From Podarcis melisellensis (Eukaryota): a DNA stretch of 64,000 nt. Numbering within the stretch: the stretch's first letter is position 1; each line of letters opens with the position of its first letter. The DNA lies in assembly GCA_964234715.1 (NCBI GenBank), contig OZ174278.1. One strand, written 5' to 3'. Made by a program: the position numbers and the translations under genes. A model generated the notes under the pieces. That model saw only the letters and a list, made by a program, of their open reading frames with translations, did no database searches and was not told the origin of the DNA. Of this stretch, positions 1 through 13,325 are shown piece by piece.

Positions 1-1060
1 CACCTTTCATCTGAAGATCACAGGGTGGTTTACAGTACAGTGGTACCTCGGGTTACAGATGCTTCAGGTTACAGACTCCGCTAACCCAGAAATAGTACCT
101 CAGGTTAAGAACTTTGCTTCAGGATGAGAACAGAAATCGTGCGGCGGCGGCAGTAGGAGATCCCATTAGCTAAAGTGGTGCTTCAGGTTAAGAACAGTTT
201 CAGGTTAAGAATGGACCTCCAGAACGAATTAAATTCTTAACCCGAGGTACCACTGTATAAAAACACAAACACCTAACATAGTAACAAACAGTTTAAAATG
301 CCATAGGTGTTTTAATTAGCCAAAGCCTAGGAGAAGGTGAATGTTTTGCTTGGTGCCTAAAAATAGATAGATTAAGGTACCAGGCAAGCCTCTCTGGGGA
401 GAGCATTTCACAAATGGGGAGCCACCACATAAAAGGTCTATTCTTGTATTGCATACCGTCTGGACCTCTCATGGAGGAGGCACACCAAGAAAGGCATCAG
501 ATGAAGATCCCAGGGTCTGGGTTGGTTCATATGGGGAGAGGCAGTCCTTGATGCATTGCAGTCCTGAGCCATTTAAGTTTAGGCCAAAACCAGCACTTTG
601 AATTGGGCCCAGAAACTAATTGGTAGGCAGTGCAATTGGGGAAGGATTCATATTATGAGCTCAAACTGTTGTGCTCAGGTGAGAAACCTAGCCATTGAAT
701 TCTGCACCAGCTAAAGTTTCTTCAGAAGCAGCCCCATGTTTAATGCAGTAATCTAATTTAGAGGTTACCAGAGCATAGACAACAGAAGTTAGGCTATCCC
801 TGTCCAGAAAGGGGCACAGTTGGGCACCAGCTGAAGCTGATGGAAGGCACTCCACTGGGGGCACCTAAACGTCTAGTGACAAGAATGGATGCAGAAGTAT
901 CCCCAAACTGCATACCTGCAGTATAACCCCATCAAGAGCAGGCAACCTCTAACACTGTCTCATTCTTATCTGGATTGAGCTTTGGTTTATTGGCTTTCAT
1001 GCAGTCCATTACCAAGGCCAGTTATCAGTTAACCGTTTTCTCCAATTTCAAGAGATGATG
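1..1060 (-). mobile_element. Degraded L2-clade LINE 3' fragment, interrupted by a MITE at 38-255
   Basis: Reverse-strand squamate L2 motifs (cagggtggtttaca tail; gggagagcatttcacaaatggggagccaccaca; ttgaattgggcccagaaa; gcagtaatctaatttagaggttaccagagc). Boundaries approximate. Confidence 0.65.
38..255 (+). mobile_element. Tc1/mariner (Tigger-like) MITE
   Basis: TIRs cagtggtacctcgggtta / taacccgaggtaccactg with TA on both sides (36-37, 256-257); internal caggttaagaa repeats. Confidence 0.9.
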
Positions 1061-3029
1061 TCCTCCAAAAAGACATAACAAAAATGGCTTTATTTTCAGA
1101 AAAGCAATCTAAAATATTCTAGAATCTAAAAGTGTTCAGGAGGTGGAGACAGGTTTTCTTTTTTAAAAAAATCAGTGCTCCTTGGAGCTCCGCTCATGGA
1201 AATCATCATTCAAATTGGGCTTCATTATAAAAGGAGAATGCCTTACTGCTGCAAGGCTGCTTTTTGCTTAAAATGCATCTTAAAGTAAAACAGATACACA
1301 AATGGAAGCCTCTGCCATCTCTTCTCACCTCCTACCAAAATGCTAATCACCCACCTGAACGTAGCTGAAAATGCTACCTCACTTTCATAGACAGGGATTG
1401 TTGGGGCTTGGAATTGAAGCAAAATGCAGAAATGAATAGTCCGGTAAAACTGCTGGTTGAAAGAATAAAGAAACATAAAGTTGATTACTCCTGGCAAACA
1501 GGGCCATTCTGAGTATAATCTAACATGTGGCCATCGTGAAGTCTTTCAAGAGGTTAACAAAAGGAAAGTCTAACACTGACTGAAGAAGGAGAAAGAAAGT
1601 AAAACCTGAGAGTAAAAACCAATCTAGAAGGAATCAGTGAAGGAAAAATAGATTGCCTTTCTGTCTATTGCCCCCCACTGGTTCAGGTAACTTACTGAAA
1701 GCATTGTTGCTTTACTCCCAACAGCGCTTTCCTCTCATCTCCCAATCCCTGACCCATTTTCCCAGCTCCATATTTCTGTCTGCAAATGACTTGGAGCCAT
1801 CTCCTGTTAATCATTTTAGTTTTAAGTGGTTCTTTGATTAATCTTTTGGCCTATGAATGTGTACATGCAAACTGATTCCCTTGATTACTTTTGATTCACC
1901 TTAAAACTCAATGGGGCTGAAGTTGGCTAATGACCCAATCCTCACAGTGCATTTTCTGGGGAGTGACATGCACTCAGCTTTGCATTCCGTTATGTGGGGT
2001 TTGTGAGCTGTCTGCTCTGTAAAGCTGATCATAAGAAAAAAGCTGAGAGCAAAATGCAAACATGAAGAGATAGTTACCATTGAAGGTGACAGTCTTCAAA
2101 GCAATTAAGTGGGGCAATAACAACAGAAACTCTTTGAATTAAGTATCTTGAGCCAATGCTGTGAAGACAGAAGGAAGGAAGGATGCCCTCACACATTCTG
2201 CACACTATCTGTTTGCTTCATGGATCCTGTTCTTCTTCTTCCACAATCTATTGCTACTTGCTTTTTTGAAGTGTCCCCTGCAGTGACATCATATATATGA
2301 CTTCTATTTTGAAATTGTTGGGGTGGCATTCAGAGATGTCAGAATTACCAACTTTCAAGAAAGCATTGGAGATCAAACAATGTAATTAGTAAGGCTGGCA
2401 AAAACATTTTTTTTAAAAAGTCACTATCATTAAGACTACTCCTGCAAATGAACTTCTAGCTTCTAAATCAGGTCCAAGAATTTCAATAGGTCTACTCTCA
2501 GTATGACTAGGATTGGCTACAACCCTGGGTGGTTACATCTTAGCTTCAGGATAAGCAATTAGAACTGTAGACCTCTTTCTTCAGTGCTTCACAGCAGCAG
2601 ATGGAGAAGCAGGGATGCACTGGGGATGGTTCCTTAGAGAGCTCAAGAAAGGAATACTTCCTTCTCCATGTAGCTGTGAAATCTTTTAAGTGAAGTGGGG
2701 AGGAGCAACACACATTTGTCCCTTTTAGCTGGGCCACATTGCAGCTTCAGCTTTCTCATAAGTGTCTTCTGCCCAGTACTTCAATATAAAGGCCAGCTGT
2801 GGCTCTGTGCCAGGGATGGGGAATCCGTGACCCTTCAAATGTTGCTGGACTCAACTCCCATCAGCCCTAGCCTAAATGGCTAAAGGTCAAGATGGTGGAC
2901 ATTGTAGTCCAACAGAATCTGGGCAGCCATAGGTTCCCCATCCCAACCCTAGGCCAACTGAGTATTAAAAATTGGTTTATTTTTGTTCTTTCCTTTCTAG
3001 ACCCCAAAACTCAATCAATACACACTCAC

Positions 3030-3253
3030 ACCTTGGGTTACAAACGCTTCAGGTTACAGACGCTTCAGGTTTCAGACTCCGCTGACCCAGAAATAGTACC
3101 TTGGGTTAAGAATTTTGCTTCAGGATGAGAACATAAATTGCGCAGCGGCAGTGAGAGGCCCCATTAGCTAAAGCGGTACCTCAGGTTAAGAACAGTTTCA
3201 GGTTAAGAACGGACCTCCAGAACGAATTAAGTACTTAACCCGAGGTACCACTG
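3030..3253 (+). mobile_element. Tc1/mariner (Tigger-like) MITE, left TIR truncated
   Basis: Same family as 38-255; right TIR ...cccgaggtaccactg followed by TA. Confidence 0.88.
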
Positions 3254-3822
3254 TACTCTGTTCAAGACTTGCTAGCAAAGCAATTGCTCACATTACTGAA
3301 CAACTGTATGAAGTTTTGAGATAATCGGTCCAAGTATAACCAAGAAACTGAACTACCTTTAGACAATAGCAAAAATGAAACTAAAATACCATTTCAGCTC
3401 AGCTCTAGCTGCAACTAAATTGAATTATAAAACAGCTATTTGGTTTCCCTATTATGTGTACTGATTTATCAGTACAGTGTTCAGCTCCCATTTATTTCTT
3501 ACTTTCAATGTTCTATGTGCATTGAAGAGGAACATCTTCAAATAAGCCTTTCTTGATCAAGATTTTGGGCCCTTATTCTAGTGCTCTCGGGTACAGACTT
3601 CCTCTTGCTGCTGGCTGCTGGATTAGTGCCTTCCTCTGAGAAAACTCAATTCCAGAAACATGTTGTTATTATCACTGAAGTAAGTCTAATGCAGAGCCGA
3701 TTCCCCACAGTAGACAGTCCAAAGCTCATGATTATAGGCCAAAGCCATATACACATGGCCCCACACATTCCAACTGATGAAGTTTACAGTGGTGTGCATA
3801 TGACTAGGGATGAAGGATAAAG

Positions 3823-4624
3823 CGTGTTCTCACTAGCAGAGAGCACGTGTTGCGGTTGGGAGAACAGGCCACTGTCTCATGACTAGGCAAATTTGGTGGA
3901 ACCCAAACTCTTAAAGGGTTAATTGGGTTGCTGGGGATTTTTGAGTGTTGCCAATTCGGAGGAGGGGTCAGAGGATATAAATATAGGTGCCAGACATTGG
4001 GACGTCCTCTTGGCCGTTTTGCACCGGATCACCCGCCCCCCTCCCTTTTATAGGGTGGTTTCTGTTTCATTGACCTTGCTATGCCTGTCATGGGGTCGTC
4101 CGACTTTGAGCGGGGGCCTGGTAGGAATTTTGCCATTTGGCCGATTGGCTGTGCCACTTGGTTTTTGCCTACTACGTAGCAAATCGTCACAACTTGTAAG
4201 GTTGGCGGTTAGGCATTGGTTAAATTGGTTCTTGGAGGGGTAAGTGCCTATCCCTCCAAATGATGTGGAAAGGGAATTCCGTTAAAGGAATCCAGGGGCT
4301 TGCCATTCTTTCGTCCTGTCCGTGAAGCCGGACTTGGGCCGTGCAAGCCCCACCGGAACATGAGGGTGAGAAGTGTTGGATTGATTCCCAGCCTCATTTC
4401 TCACCCAATACTTGTTTCCCACGCTGGCTTCCGGTGGTGACCGGAAGTGCCAGCTTTGTCTTTTGGGGGCAAGGACAGATAGTCAAACCAATGCCTAAGC
4501 AACCACTCACATTTGCTGTATTTGAATAAAGTTGTGGCCAAAAATTATGCCAAAAACCTTTAACAAAAAATTGAAGTGTGAAGTGTGAATTTTTTGGGGT
4601 GGCACTGTGGGACTCAACACGCAA
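3823..4624 (+). mobile_element. LTR-like retroelement fragment, copy A of the CACGCAA-ended family (probably DIRS/Ngaro terminal repeat-derived)
   Basis: TATA-like gatataaata near 3975, motif gtagcaaatcgtcacaactt (4176-4195), aataaagttgtggcc (from 4525), ends aacacgcaa (4624). Homologous in reverse to 38359-39123 and 58227-58950. It interrupts an older repeat (tagggatg... / cttcagcttggtttgcattt). Confidence 0.65.
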
Positions 4625-5029
4625 CTTCAGCTTGGTTTGCATTTTAATACAAACTGTCTAATTTCACACACGCCAAAACAGCATGCGAACTGAAATGCAG
4701 CTATCTGTTTAAATACTTCTCCAAATTTTGCAAAGGAGTTTTCCGACCAGAGAATGTGTACAAAAATGCATACGTTAGGGGAAAGTGTGTAAGACAAAGC
4801 ATATTCTAGTTAAAATGACATACACAAAATTGTATGCTGTATATTAGGCAACATTGTATGAAAATGTCTGTATCTGGGGAAACTGCACACTAAAATGCCT
4901 GTGGATTTTTGTGATGATGTTCATTATTTAAAGAAAACAAATTAATGTAAAAATCTGGTAATTGGGAAAATGAGAATCTGAAGTTAACAGATTCATAAGT
5001 ACTTAAACCTGTCTGTAATGGAATTCAAG

Positions 5030-5276
5030 GGCAGTAGCAGAGCGTCATGTTCCGGCACCGCGGAGTGGAGAGCAGGCGGGGCGGGGCTGGTTCACATCCT
5101 GGGGGTGGGGCGTGCCATCTGCAGGGGCGAGGTGTGCGTCCTGGGGGCGGGGGGGGCACTGTCTGTAGGGGCGGGATGCCCAGCATGGGTGGGAGGGCAG
5201 CTGCGATAGAACCCCACCAGGATCGCGCCGCCAGGGGCGGTGCACTCCCCCCGCACTCTTCTACCTCTGCCAGTGT
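5030..5276. mobile_element. GC/CpG-rich island, probably a non-autonomous DNA transposon remnant
   Basis: Abrupt GC-rich block with G-runs; ends cttctacctctgccagtg, resembling a hAT-MITE terminus. The left TIR is degenerate. Confidence 0.4.
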
Positions 5277-5953
5277 TCATTTAGTCACATCACATAACTG
5301 AATGACAGAAAGGTCACCAGCCACAAAAACCTAACCTAAGGAGGTTAGCACAACGGTGTTTCACTAGTACGTAATGATAAAGGGGTAGTGCCAATAAATT
5401 GTTCTTATTATTATTTGATTTTTTTTTAAAAAAAGTTTTATCTATCTGAATAGATAACAAAAGTATGAACTAAAGTAAATAAAACACCACTGTGCAAATG
5501 TACAAGTAGGAATAATCTTTTCCTGAAGTGGATACAGTAAAGGTTACATCAGTCCATCCACCAGGCCAATATGGAAGATTAAGTTTGTTTTCTTTTCCTC
5601 CATCCAGACCAGAGTCCCCTCAGGTCCAGATGTGAAGTGCCCTCCAGCATGTCTCAGAGCGAGAGCTTCACAGGAACAGTCAGCCTGTCAGCTAGACCCA
5701 TCTTTGCATTTCTGAGGGAGGATGGCATTGTTCCATACTATGAACAAATTCTATAAAGCCGTGCCAAATGGCATAAATCCGATTTGGCATTTATTCTATC
5801 TGTCTGTGTTATTCATGCTGCCACTGTGGTAGTCCACACATTATGATAGCCTATATCCAAGTCCAAACACTCCAGCATCTTCCACTTTTGTGCCCTGGCC
5901 AGCAGGTCTTGGAATTCAAGGTATACATAATTATATTCAAATATATTCACAAA

Positions 5954-6356
5954 GAAGAAGAAGGCGGCTGATCGCCAAAGAATTGATGCCTTTGAATTAT
6001 GGTGCTGGAGGAGACTCTTGAGAGTCCCATGGACTGCAAGAAGATCAACCCTCTCCATTCTGAAGGAAATCAGCCCTGAGTGCTCACTGGAAGGACAGAT
6101 CCTGAAGCTGAGGCTGCAATACTTTGGCCACTTCACAAGAAGAGAAGACTCCCTGGAAAAGACCCTGATGCTGGGAAAGATGGAGGGCACAAGGAGAAGG
6201 GGACGACAGAGGACAAGATGGTTGGACAGTATTCTTGAAGCTACCAACATGAGTTTGACCAAACTGTGGGAGGCAGTGGAAGACAGGAGTGCCTGGTGTG
6301 CTCTGTCCCATGGGGTCACAAAGAGCCGGACACGACTAAATGACTAAACAACAACA
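5954..6356 (+). mobile_element. Bov-B (RTE clade) LINE, 5'-truncated 3' end
   Basis: Translation RVPWTARRS...LRLQYFGH...LEKTLMLGKMEG.RRRGRQRTRWLD is typical Bov-B ORF C-terminus; (CAA)n tail; 11-bp TSD atattcacaaa at 5943-5953 and 6357-6367. Confidence 0.95.
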
Positions 6357-6604
6357 ATATTCACAAAAGGAGCTGTTGAGGAGTGAAGTCCACTTGCTCA
6401 TTCAAAATTGTTAACATTTCCCATGTTATTGCAGACCCAAAATGTGTCACTGTTGGACATTCCCACAATCAATGCCTGTATGTCCTCTTACTCCCACAAT
6501 TCCTCCAGCAGTTCTGGGATGCCTCCACAATTATATGGGGTAAACTCCCAGATTTTGCCCCACCTATGTTCATCTACTGTTTGACTTAAATCTGTCTCCC
6601 ATTC

Positions 6605-6790
6605 TATTTTTAAGACATCCTCTTCAAGTAGGCCTTTGGCAGATTAGCATCCTGTATCCTTTTAAATGTTCTTTGTTTGTTTGTTTGTTTGTTTGTTTGT
6701 TTTTATTATGTATTTTGTGTTTATCTTGTGTTTTTATGCTGTGAACCACCCTGAGATCTTTAGATGAAGGTTGATATACAAATTTAATAA
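6605..6790 (+). mobile_element. L2 3'-end remnant containing a (GTTT)n microsatellite
   Basis: aagacatcctcttcaagtaggccttt ... gtgaaccaccctgagatc ... tatacaaatttaataa. Confidence 0.55.
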
Positions 6791-7381
6791 TTAACCATCA
6801 TCATCTCACAGTCAAAATGAATAAGGAAGTATTTTAAGTACATTGGTCCAAGATTCTTTGGGGTTTTATATCCTAATAGTTCCAAGTTGAATCCCAGAAT
6901 GTTCTGATTACTACTGGGTTTTGGATGTTTGTTTTGTTTCCACCCCAGCCGATTTCCCTCACAACCCAGTACAGCTACATGGTACCATCTTTCTCTGCAA
7001 TGAAAGCACCTCCTGTTGGCTGCTTTTATTGTGTGGCTGGTTTTTAAAATCTACTTCTTCTAAGAAGATCTTTACACAGGACAACCTCTTAACTTAATGT
7101 ATGGGCTCCCTTCTTTGTATCTTTACCAGCAAAGGTCACAGCAAGGAAGAAATGCCCAATAATGAGGCCCCACAGCTATCCACCTCCACCTCAGCCTTTT
7201 CTGGTCTTTGCTTCACACTTGCACCATCAATTGACTTTCCCAAATGATGTTCTAACTGCTCTTTCTTCGCTGAACAGAACCTTCAACCAATCAGAGTCTG
7301 CAGTTTCAAATACAAATGAAAATAGGTATATCTGATCAAAGTCCATCCACAAATACTAAAAGTCTCCCTCTCTCAGAATCT

Positions 7382-7435
7382 ATTCTGCTATCAGAATCTA
7401 TCACCAAGATTCTGCTATCAGAATCTATCACCAAG
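7382..7435. repeat. Perfect 27-bp tandem duplication
   Basis: attctgctatcagaatctatcaccaag occurs twice in tandem. Confidence 0.9.
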
Positions 7436-7668
7436 ACAAGCAGCTACCACTGAATGGGCCTGCAACACAGAAACAGCATGATCTTTGATATTTACACACC
7501 TATATCAACAAAGGTCACAGAAATATTTTTGAGACTTGAAATTTAGGCATATACACAGCATTTCTCCAGGGACAAGATTGTTGTTTTTCCTATGTGCAGT
7601 GAGATGACACCCACCTCATCAAGAGGGATTAGTTGAAATGGCTTTTCATCACACACAATAAATAAATG

Positions 7669-7701
<33 letters not shown>

Positions 7702-7921
7702 GAGGCATTGTTTTCTGTTGGTTCTTGTCCACAAAAAGAACCTAAAGCCATTAAGAGGGCATATGTCAACTGGAAGAGACCAAACTACCCAGCTTCCTAG
7801 CTGAATCCCTTGCATGAAAGGCACCCACATAAAAGTTTCCTTGATGAGTTGAAGAAGAGACATCTCACACTGCTCTCCTTTGAGCAACCCCATTGCCCAG
7901 CTCTGAGTTTAACTTCCTGAA

Positions 7922-7968
<47 letters not shown>
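7922..7968. repeat. (AAT)n microsatellite
   Basis: About 15 perfect units. Confidence 0.95.
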
Positions 7969-7969
<1 letters not shown>

Positions 7970-9633
7970 TTTAAAAACTTGGCTATCAAGGCCAGTCAGA
8001 TATTTGCCTGTAAAAAAAGCATATGTGACACACAATAGGCTAAGCAGAATAGGTGTCATAAAAAACTAAAATTATATTGAGCAGTAACTTTTGTTGGGCA
8101 AGCTTGCTAAAGCAACAGTGACATATTCTGCATTGTGATATGTTCCATTCTGGATGGGCTGCCAGCCCAGGTGCCTTCTGTGAGAGTAAATTTTGAGGAG
8201 AGTCAGAGACAGAGTTAGTGAGAGGAAATAACCAAGTGAGGAGTAGTGGCACAGTTACCAAATGAATGCGAGAGAGTAACCAAGTGGTCAGCCAACTTTG
8301 CTACCTACTTTGTGATTTTGAATCTCTGCTGGGGTTCTTTCATCAAAGGGTACTCGCCCCAAACTTGGATATTGGCATCCATGGATTTCTCCCTTAAAAA
8401 ACAAAAGAAAAAAACCCTATTTTTCCTTCCCACCATCACCCACAGTGGAGGAGAGCCAAATAAAGTGGCCTCATTGGTGATCCAAGGTTTTGTTGCCCTG
8501 TACAGTATAGTTATGCTTTAGTTGAAAGGCAGCAAAGTATTCAACCAGTCTAGTGAGCCTCCACTGCCCAGCAGATGTTTTTGTGTAGCACCCTAGCAGG
8601 CATCCTAGGTCACTTATATTGGAAAACAAATCTATTTACAAGCAGCTGCCAGTGTTTCGGAGGAGAAGGTGGGAATAAGTTAGAAAGGGTTTGAAATGCC
8701 AACAAATTACATTTCTGTGCTGCAAGAGGAAGCTTCCTGGCTGATCCCCATATGCTACTTTATATCATGTACCTAGAGCATAAGACTGCAATATTTTATC
8801 ATGCATTGTTTTTCATAAACATGAAAATATATTTGCATTTACATGAGAGTATTATATATTCACATAGTCAGAAAATGTATAAGGCATAACCATGAATACG
8901 GTCAATGGAAGCGACTATGAATAAATAATGGCGGGGACAGAAGACAAGGAAAATGTCTTTTTGTTGATACGTAATCAGCTCCATCAAGTTACGAACACTT
9001 TTCTAATGGATAAAATATCTATGCAAATCAGGGCTGCTTTACACCTAATTTCAAGGTTGATTTCTTGGGTGAAATGTTACTTTTATGGAAAATGATGACT
9101 CTGAAAAGGTGTTGTACAAGCAGTCTACTTACTAGATTCAATCCTATATAGATAGAAGTTTAATATTATGTATAATACATTCAATGAATTTGATTTCTGG
9201 TGGCTCTGAAAGGAGAATATGTAAATGAAAATTGGTGGTTATGTTTAATGAGTGCTTAAAGTAATGCAGGTTAATAAAATGTTGATTAATGTATCATTAT
9301 CTATTTTATAATTGTAATATCATTAAATAATGTAGTTTTAAAAAAATAAGAAATCATGTTGTTGTTGATCACTTCCAAGTTACAATAACTCACTTTTCCT
9401 TTTTATTGCAAGATTATGTATATTTGTTTTGTTTCCTATTGTCATTATTGTTTTTGTTCTGTTTTTAAATGAAAGCATTCTGAATATTGTTCTAAAGCAC
9501 TGACATCATCTAGATCTTGATCATGTTGCAGCAAACAATGATGGGTGGTTGAAAACAACTGGTTCAATTTATTTAAAAAAACAACTCTGACTTATTTTCT
9601 ATATAAACTCCAAGCAGCTAACGGATTAAATAA

Positions 9634-9752
9634 TAATACAATATGAAACAAATAGCATTCCAAACTAAACCCTAAACAATTAAACACAAATTAATACAAT
9701 ATAAAACAAATAACATTCCAAACTAAACTCAAAACAATTAAACGCAAATTAA
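9634..9752. repeat. Imperfect ~58-bp tandem duplication
   Basis: taatacaatat(g/a)aaacaaata(g/a)cattccaaactaaac...aaacaattaaac(a/g)caaat occurs twice. Confidence 0.8.
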
Positions 9753-9904
9753 CAAATCCAGCAGTCATTAAAATGAGCACAACGTCAAGATCAGCTGAAT
9801 AATAATGCAGCATTCTGTGCAAAGGCAGACAGTTAGAAAAGGCTGTGGACATTCTTAGACCTTGCATGAACACAAAAAATCATGGCAACTTGAGAATCAA
9901 AGTA

Positions 9905-10517
9905 CAGTGGTACCTTGGTTCTCAAACTTAATCTATTCCAGAAGTCCGTTCCAAAACCAAAGAGTTCCAAAACCAAGGCATGCTTTCCCATAGAAAGTAA
10001 TGCAAAATGGATTAATCCATTCCAGACTTTTAAAAACAACCCCTAAAACAGCAATTTAACATGAATTTTACTCTCTAACAAGACCATAAAATGAAAGCAA
10101 TAATCAATGTACTGTACTATAAAATAAATAAGATGATGAAAATTAAAATTATTATTTTTTCTTACTTGCTCTGCTGATAGTCATTGTTTGGAGGGGGGGA
10201 CTTCCGCAGTCAGTCAATCAATCAATCAGCTGAACTGACCAAAAAAGCCTTCGAAACAAAAATGCAAAATAAATGGCAAAACCAAAAGCACCAATTACAG
10301 TGGTGCCTTGGTTCTTGAACCTAATCCATTCCGGAAGTCCGTTTACTTTCGAAATGTTTGAAAACCAAGCCAATGCTTCTGATTGGTCCAGGCTCCCCAG
10401 AAACAATAGCCAACAGCCGCATTGGACGTTCGGCTTCCGGAAAACGTTTGTATACCGGAACACTTACTTCTGGATTTTTGGTGTTTGGGAACCAAGGTTT
10501 GAGAACCAAGGTACTGC
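9905..10517 (+). mobile_element. Tigger-like MITE with two left ends (nested or internally duplicated)
   Basis: ta|cagtggtaccttggttctc at 9905 and ta|cagtggtgccttggttctt at 10298; one degenerate right end gagaaccaaggtactgc. Confidence 0.75.
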
Positions 10518-11098
10518 GCTGCTTCTTGTTCTCAACATGAGATTGCAACCACAAATGAAGTTGAGCTGATTTGAGCTGTATACAAGGCAGAAATGTAGCT
10601 ACTGACACCAGCTGTGCTGTGTGGTTGGGGAGAGGGTGGAAGCAGCAAGCTTAGAGTGGTGGCAAGAAGAATGTGCCACCTCCTGCCTGGCCTGCCACCA
10701 CCCTCTACTGCTGGGTCTTCCCATCCCAGCACTTCTAGGATAAAAAGACATAAGCATTTTTAACTAACTAAATAAGTGCTTGATTTGAACGCATGCAAGC
10801 AGAGCCTCAGCAGAAGACAGCCTCCCTGGCCCCTCAAGTAACTTGGGCAACCCTCAGAGTGTACCTCTAGTTTCAGTTCACTGTAGCTAGAAACTTTCAG
10901 CTTTCTTTATCCACAAATGCAAACAACACACTGCACTAGGAACTTGTATGAGGAATCCCCACCCCTGTAAGTGAATTGCTCATTCAGGCATCCATAGACA
11001 TCCATTAAAAACATTTGCTAATTAGACATCATTTTAAGGCAAAACCATAGCGACGGAGCTAGTCACAGTAATCAGATGACAAACTCAAAACAATACTG

Positions 11099-11130
<32 letters not shown>

Positions 11131-13325
11131 TTTGTTGATGAAGAACAATACATCTGGATTCTTTTCCATGAAAATTGGTATTTTATGAAAAAAATAATGG
11201 TTAAAGCAATAGTAAATGCTAAGCAGACACAGAAGAGGCAATTGGAGCCAGTAAGCTGTAGATTTATTGCTGCACAAGTAGTTGCATAAATCTAAACTCA
11301 GACCAGAAACTTGTTTTGACAGCCTGACTTGGCTCTGAAACACCTGAAATCATAATAAACTCTGAGCCTGTGCAAAGTGCATTTGATTTGCAAATATGTA
11401 ACTAGTAGCCACAGTCAGATGCCATGTCTTTGAGAGGTGGAACTTTCATGCAAGCAAGCAAGCTAGAAATGTGCCTCTTCCCTGTTTATAACCATTGGCT
11501 TAGGCCCTTTTATTTCAATGATACTAGGAGGTGTTGTTGTTGTTGTTTAAAAAATGGGGGCAGTACTCTGTTCTTATCTCCCCATCCCCGAACCCTGCTG
11601 TATATAATCTGCCATTCAGTTATTCCCTTCACATCCATAACTCCAACTGATGGAGCCACCACACAGCACTCATTCACAGTGTTTCTCATCCACCTGGGGA
11701 TATGTTCCTGTTTTTTACACGTATGCACCCTCTAGATGGATTTATTATCTAAAGGTTGTAACACAATTAGTACATTTTCAGTGTTTACATCCATTCCCCA
11801 GAATTCAGCCCTAAAAATGAGGTGGAAATGCCTGAGGAATAAGAGGTCGTGTTCAATAAAGCTCTCCAAAACTGTGTGTTCTAACGAAATTCTCATTAAT
11901 CTCAAGTAGTTCTGCATTCTGGCATCCTTCCTTGCATCCTAATATGCTTGCTTGTTTTGTACATTAATGGAGAAATTCAAATCTATTGACAGAAATGAGA
12001 GGTTTGCCACTGATTTAAATGGAATTATGAATTGCACCCTAAATATCTAGTGTTAATAAGATGGAAGTTAATAGAGCATTCATGGCTAACTGTTCAGTGA
12101 TACAGCTCATTGCAGCAAATTGAATGCACGTCTCTCACAGAACACAAGTTGTATTACCTTCATTGCAACAAGCTCCATTCTCATCCTCTGCCACCATGTC
12201 CCATTTATTGTGTCTATGTGTCAATGTAACAAGGGCTGTTGTGTTGCTGTTTGCACATTGCTTCCCCGTATCTTTTAATGCTACGCATAAAAATTGCCAG
12301 GCTACAAAGTACACAGCCAGTTGATTGTACATTCATCAGAGAAGCACACAAATATTTACGGCATTTATCATAGTCAAAGCTCCCTAGAGGACATTATTTC
12401 ACGCAAGGACAATCATCTTTGTTTATTTCCGTTCTGGCTGAAAATCTGAAACACAGGGATTTGCATGTGGTTAGAGATGGACAATCAACAGAAGGTAGTA
12501 GAACAAGAGAGTGAAAGTTTGCATTGATAAGCAGACGACAAGGACCTAAGCCTATGGAACATGCTCCCAGTCCAGGTCATAAGATGCGCTGATACAATTT
12601 AAAAAACAAATATGGCTTCCTGCAAATAATACTGGGAACTGTTGTTGGATAAGGTGCTGAGAATTGTTAGGAGGTCCCATTCCCCCCAGAGAACTACATG
12701 TTTCAGAAGTCCCTGTGAGGGGTTATTGATAGCTGAAACTGGTTCTTACCAGTTTTGTCATCAGCAAGGCCTGACCAATACATTTTGGCACCTGAGGCAA
12801 ACCACAAAACAGTGTGCGCCCCTGCCAGGATAAAAAGGGATGAGTGAAGCTGTACATCAGGAACAAGGGGGATAATAAAGATCTACATTGTGAACAAAGT
12901 GGGTGTCAAAGGCCACCATGGAGGGAGGGGCCCGCTCTGAATCAAAGCTGGGCAGGTGAAGAGCCTAGCAGACCCCAGAGTACAGCCCTCACCATTTCCT
13001 ACCTTGGGGTGGGAGGAGACCAGCAGTGTCTCCTATTCGCTGACAGGCTGCTGTAGAGACAGCATTGTGGGGCTGCCGGGGAAGGGGCAGTTCTGGCCTC
13101 CAAGAAGTACACCACAGCTGTTGCTGCTACTGTGGCAGTGGGTGATGCATTCCTTGGAGGAATCTGCTGCCCATGTAGATCCTGCTGCCTGAGGTAGTCA
13201 CTTCACCTATGTGAAGTGGTCACATTCTTCATATGACTCTAGCCTCCCTAATAATGTGCCTAACAGTAATTCCACCTCAGAAATAGGACGTTGCCTCATA
13301 CTGAATAGCCCTGTATTTTCTACAC

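Noticed and set aside
5018-5301. GC-rich island with four overlapping ORFs, considered as a promoter CpG island
   Set aside because: Only about 240 bp, abrupt edges, a MITE-like terminus and no adjacent first-exon evidence. The ORFs reflect GC content.
5813-6319. 168-aa - strand ORF
   Set aside because: Antisense frame of the Bov-B fragment, not a host gene.
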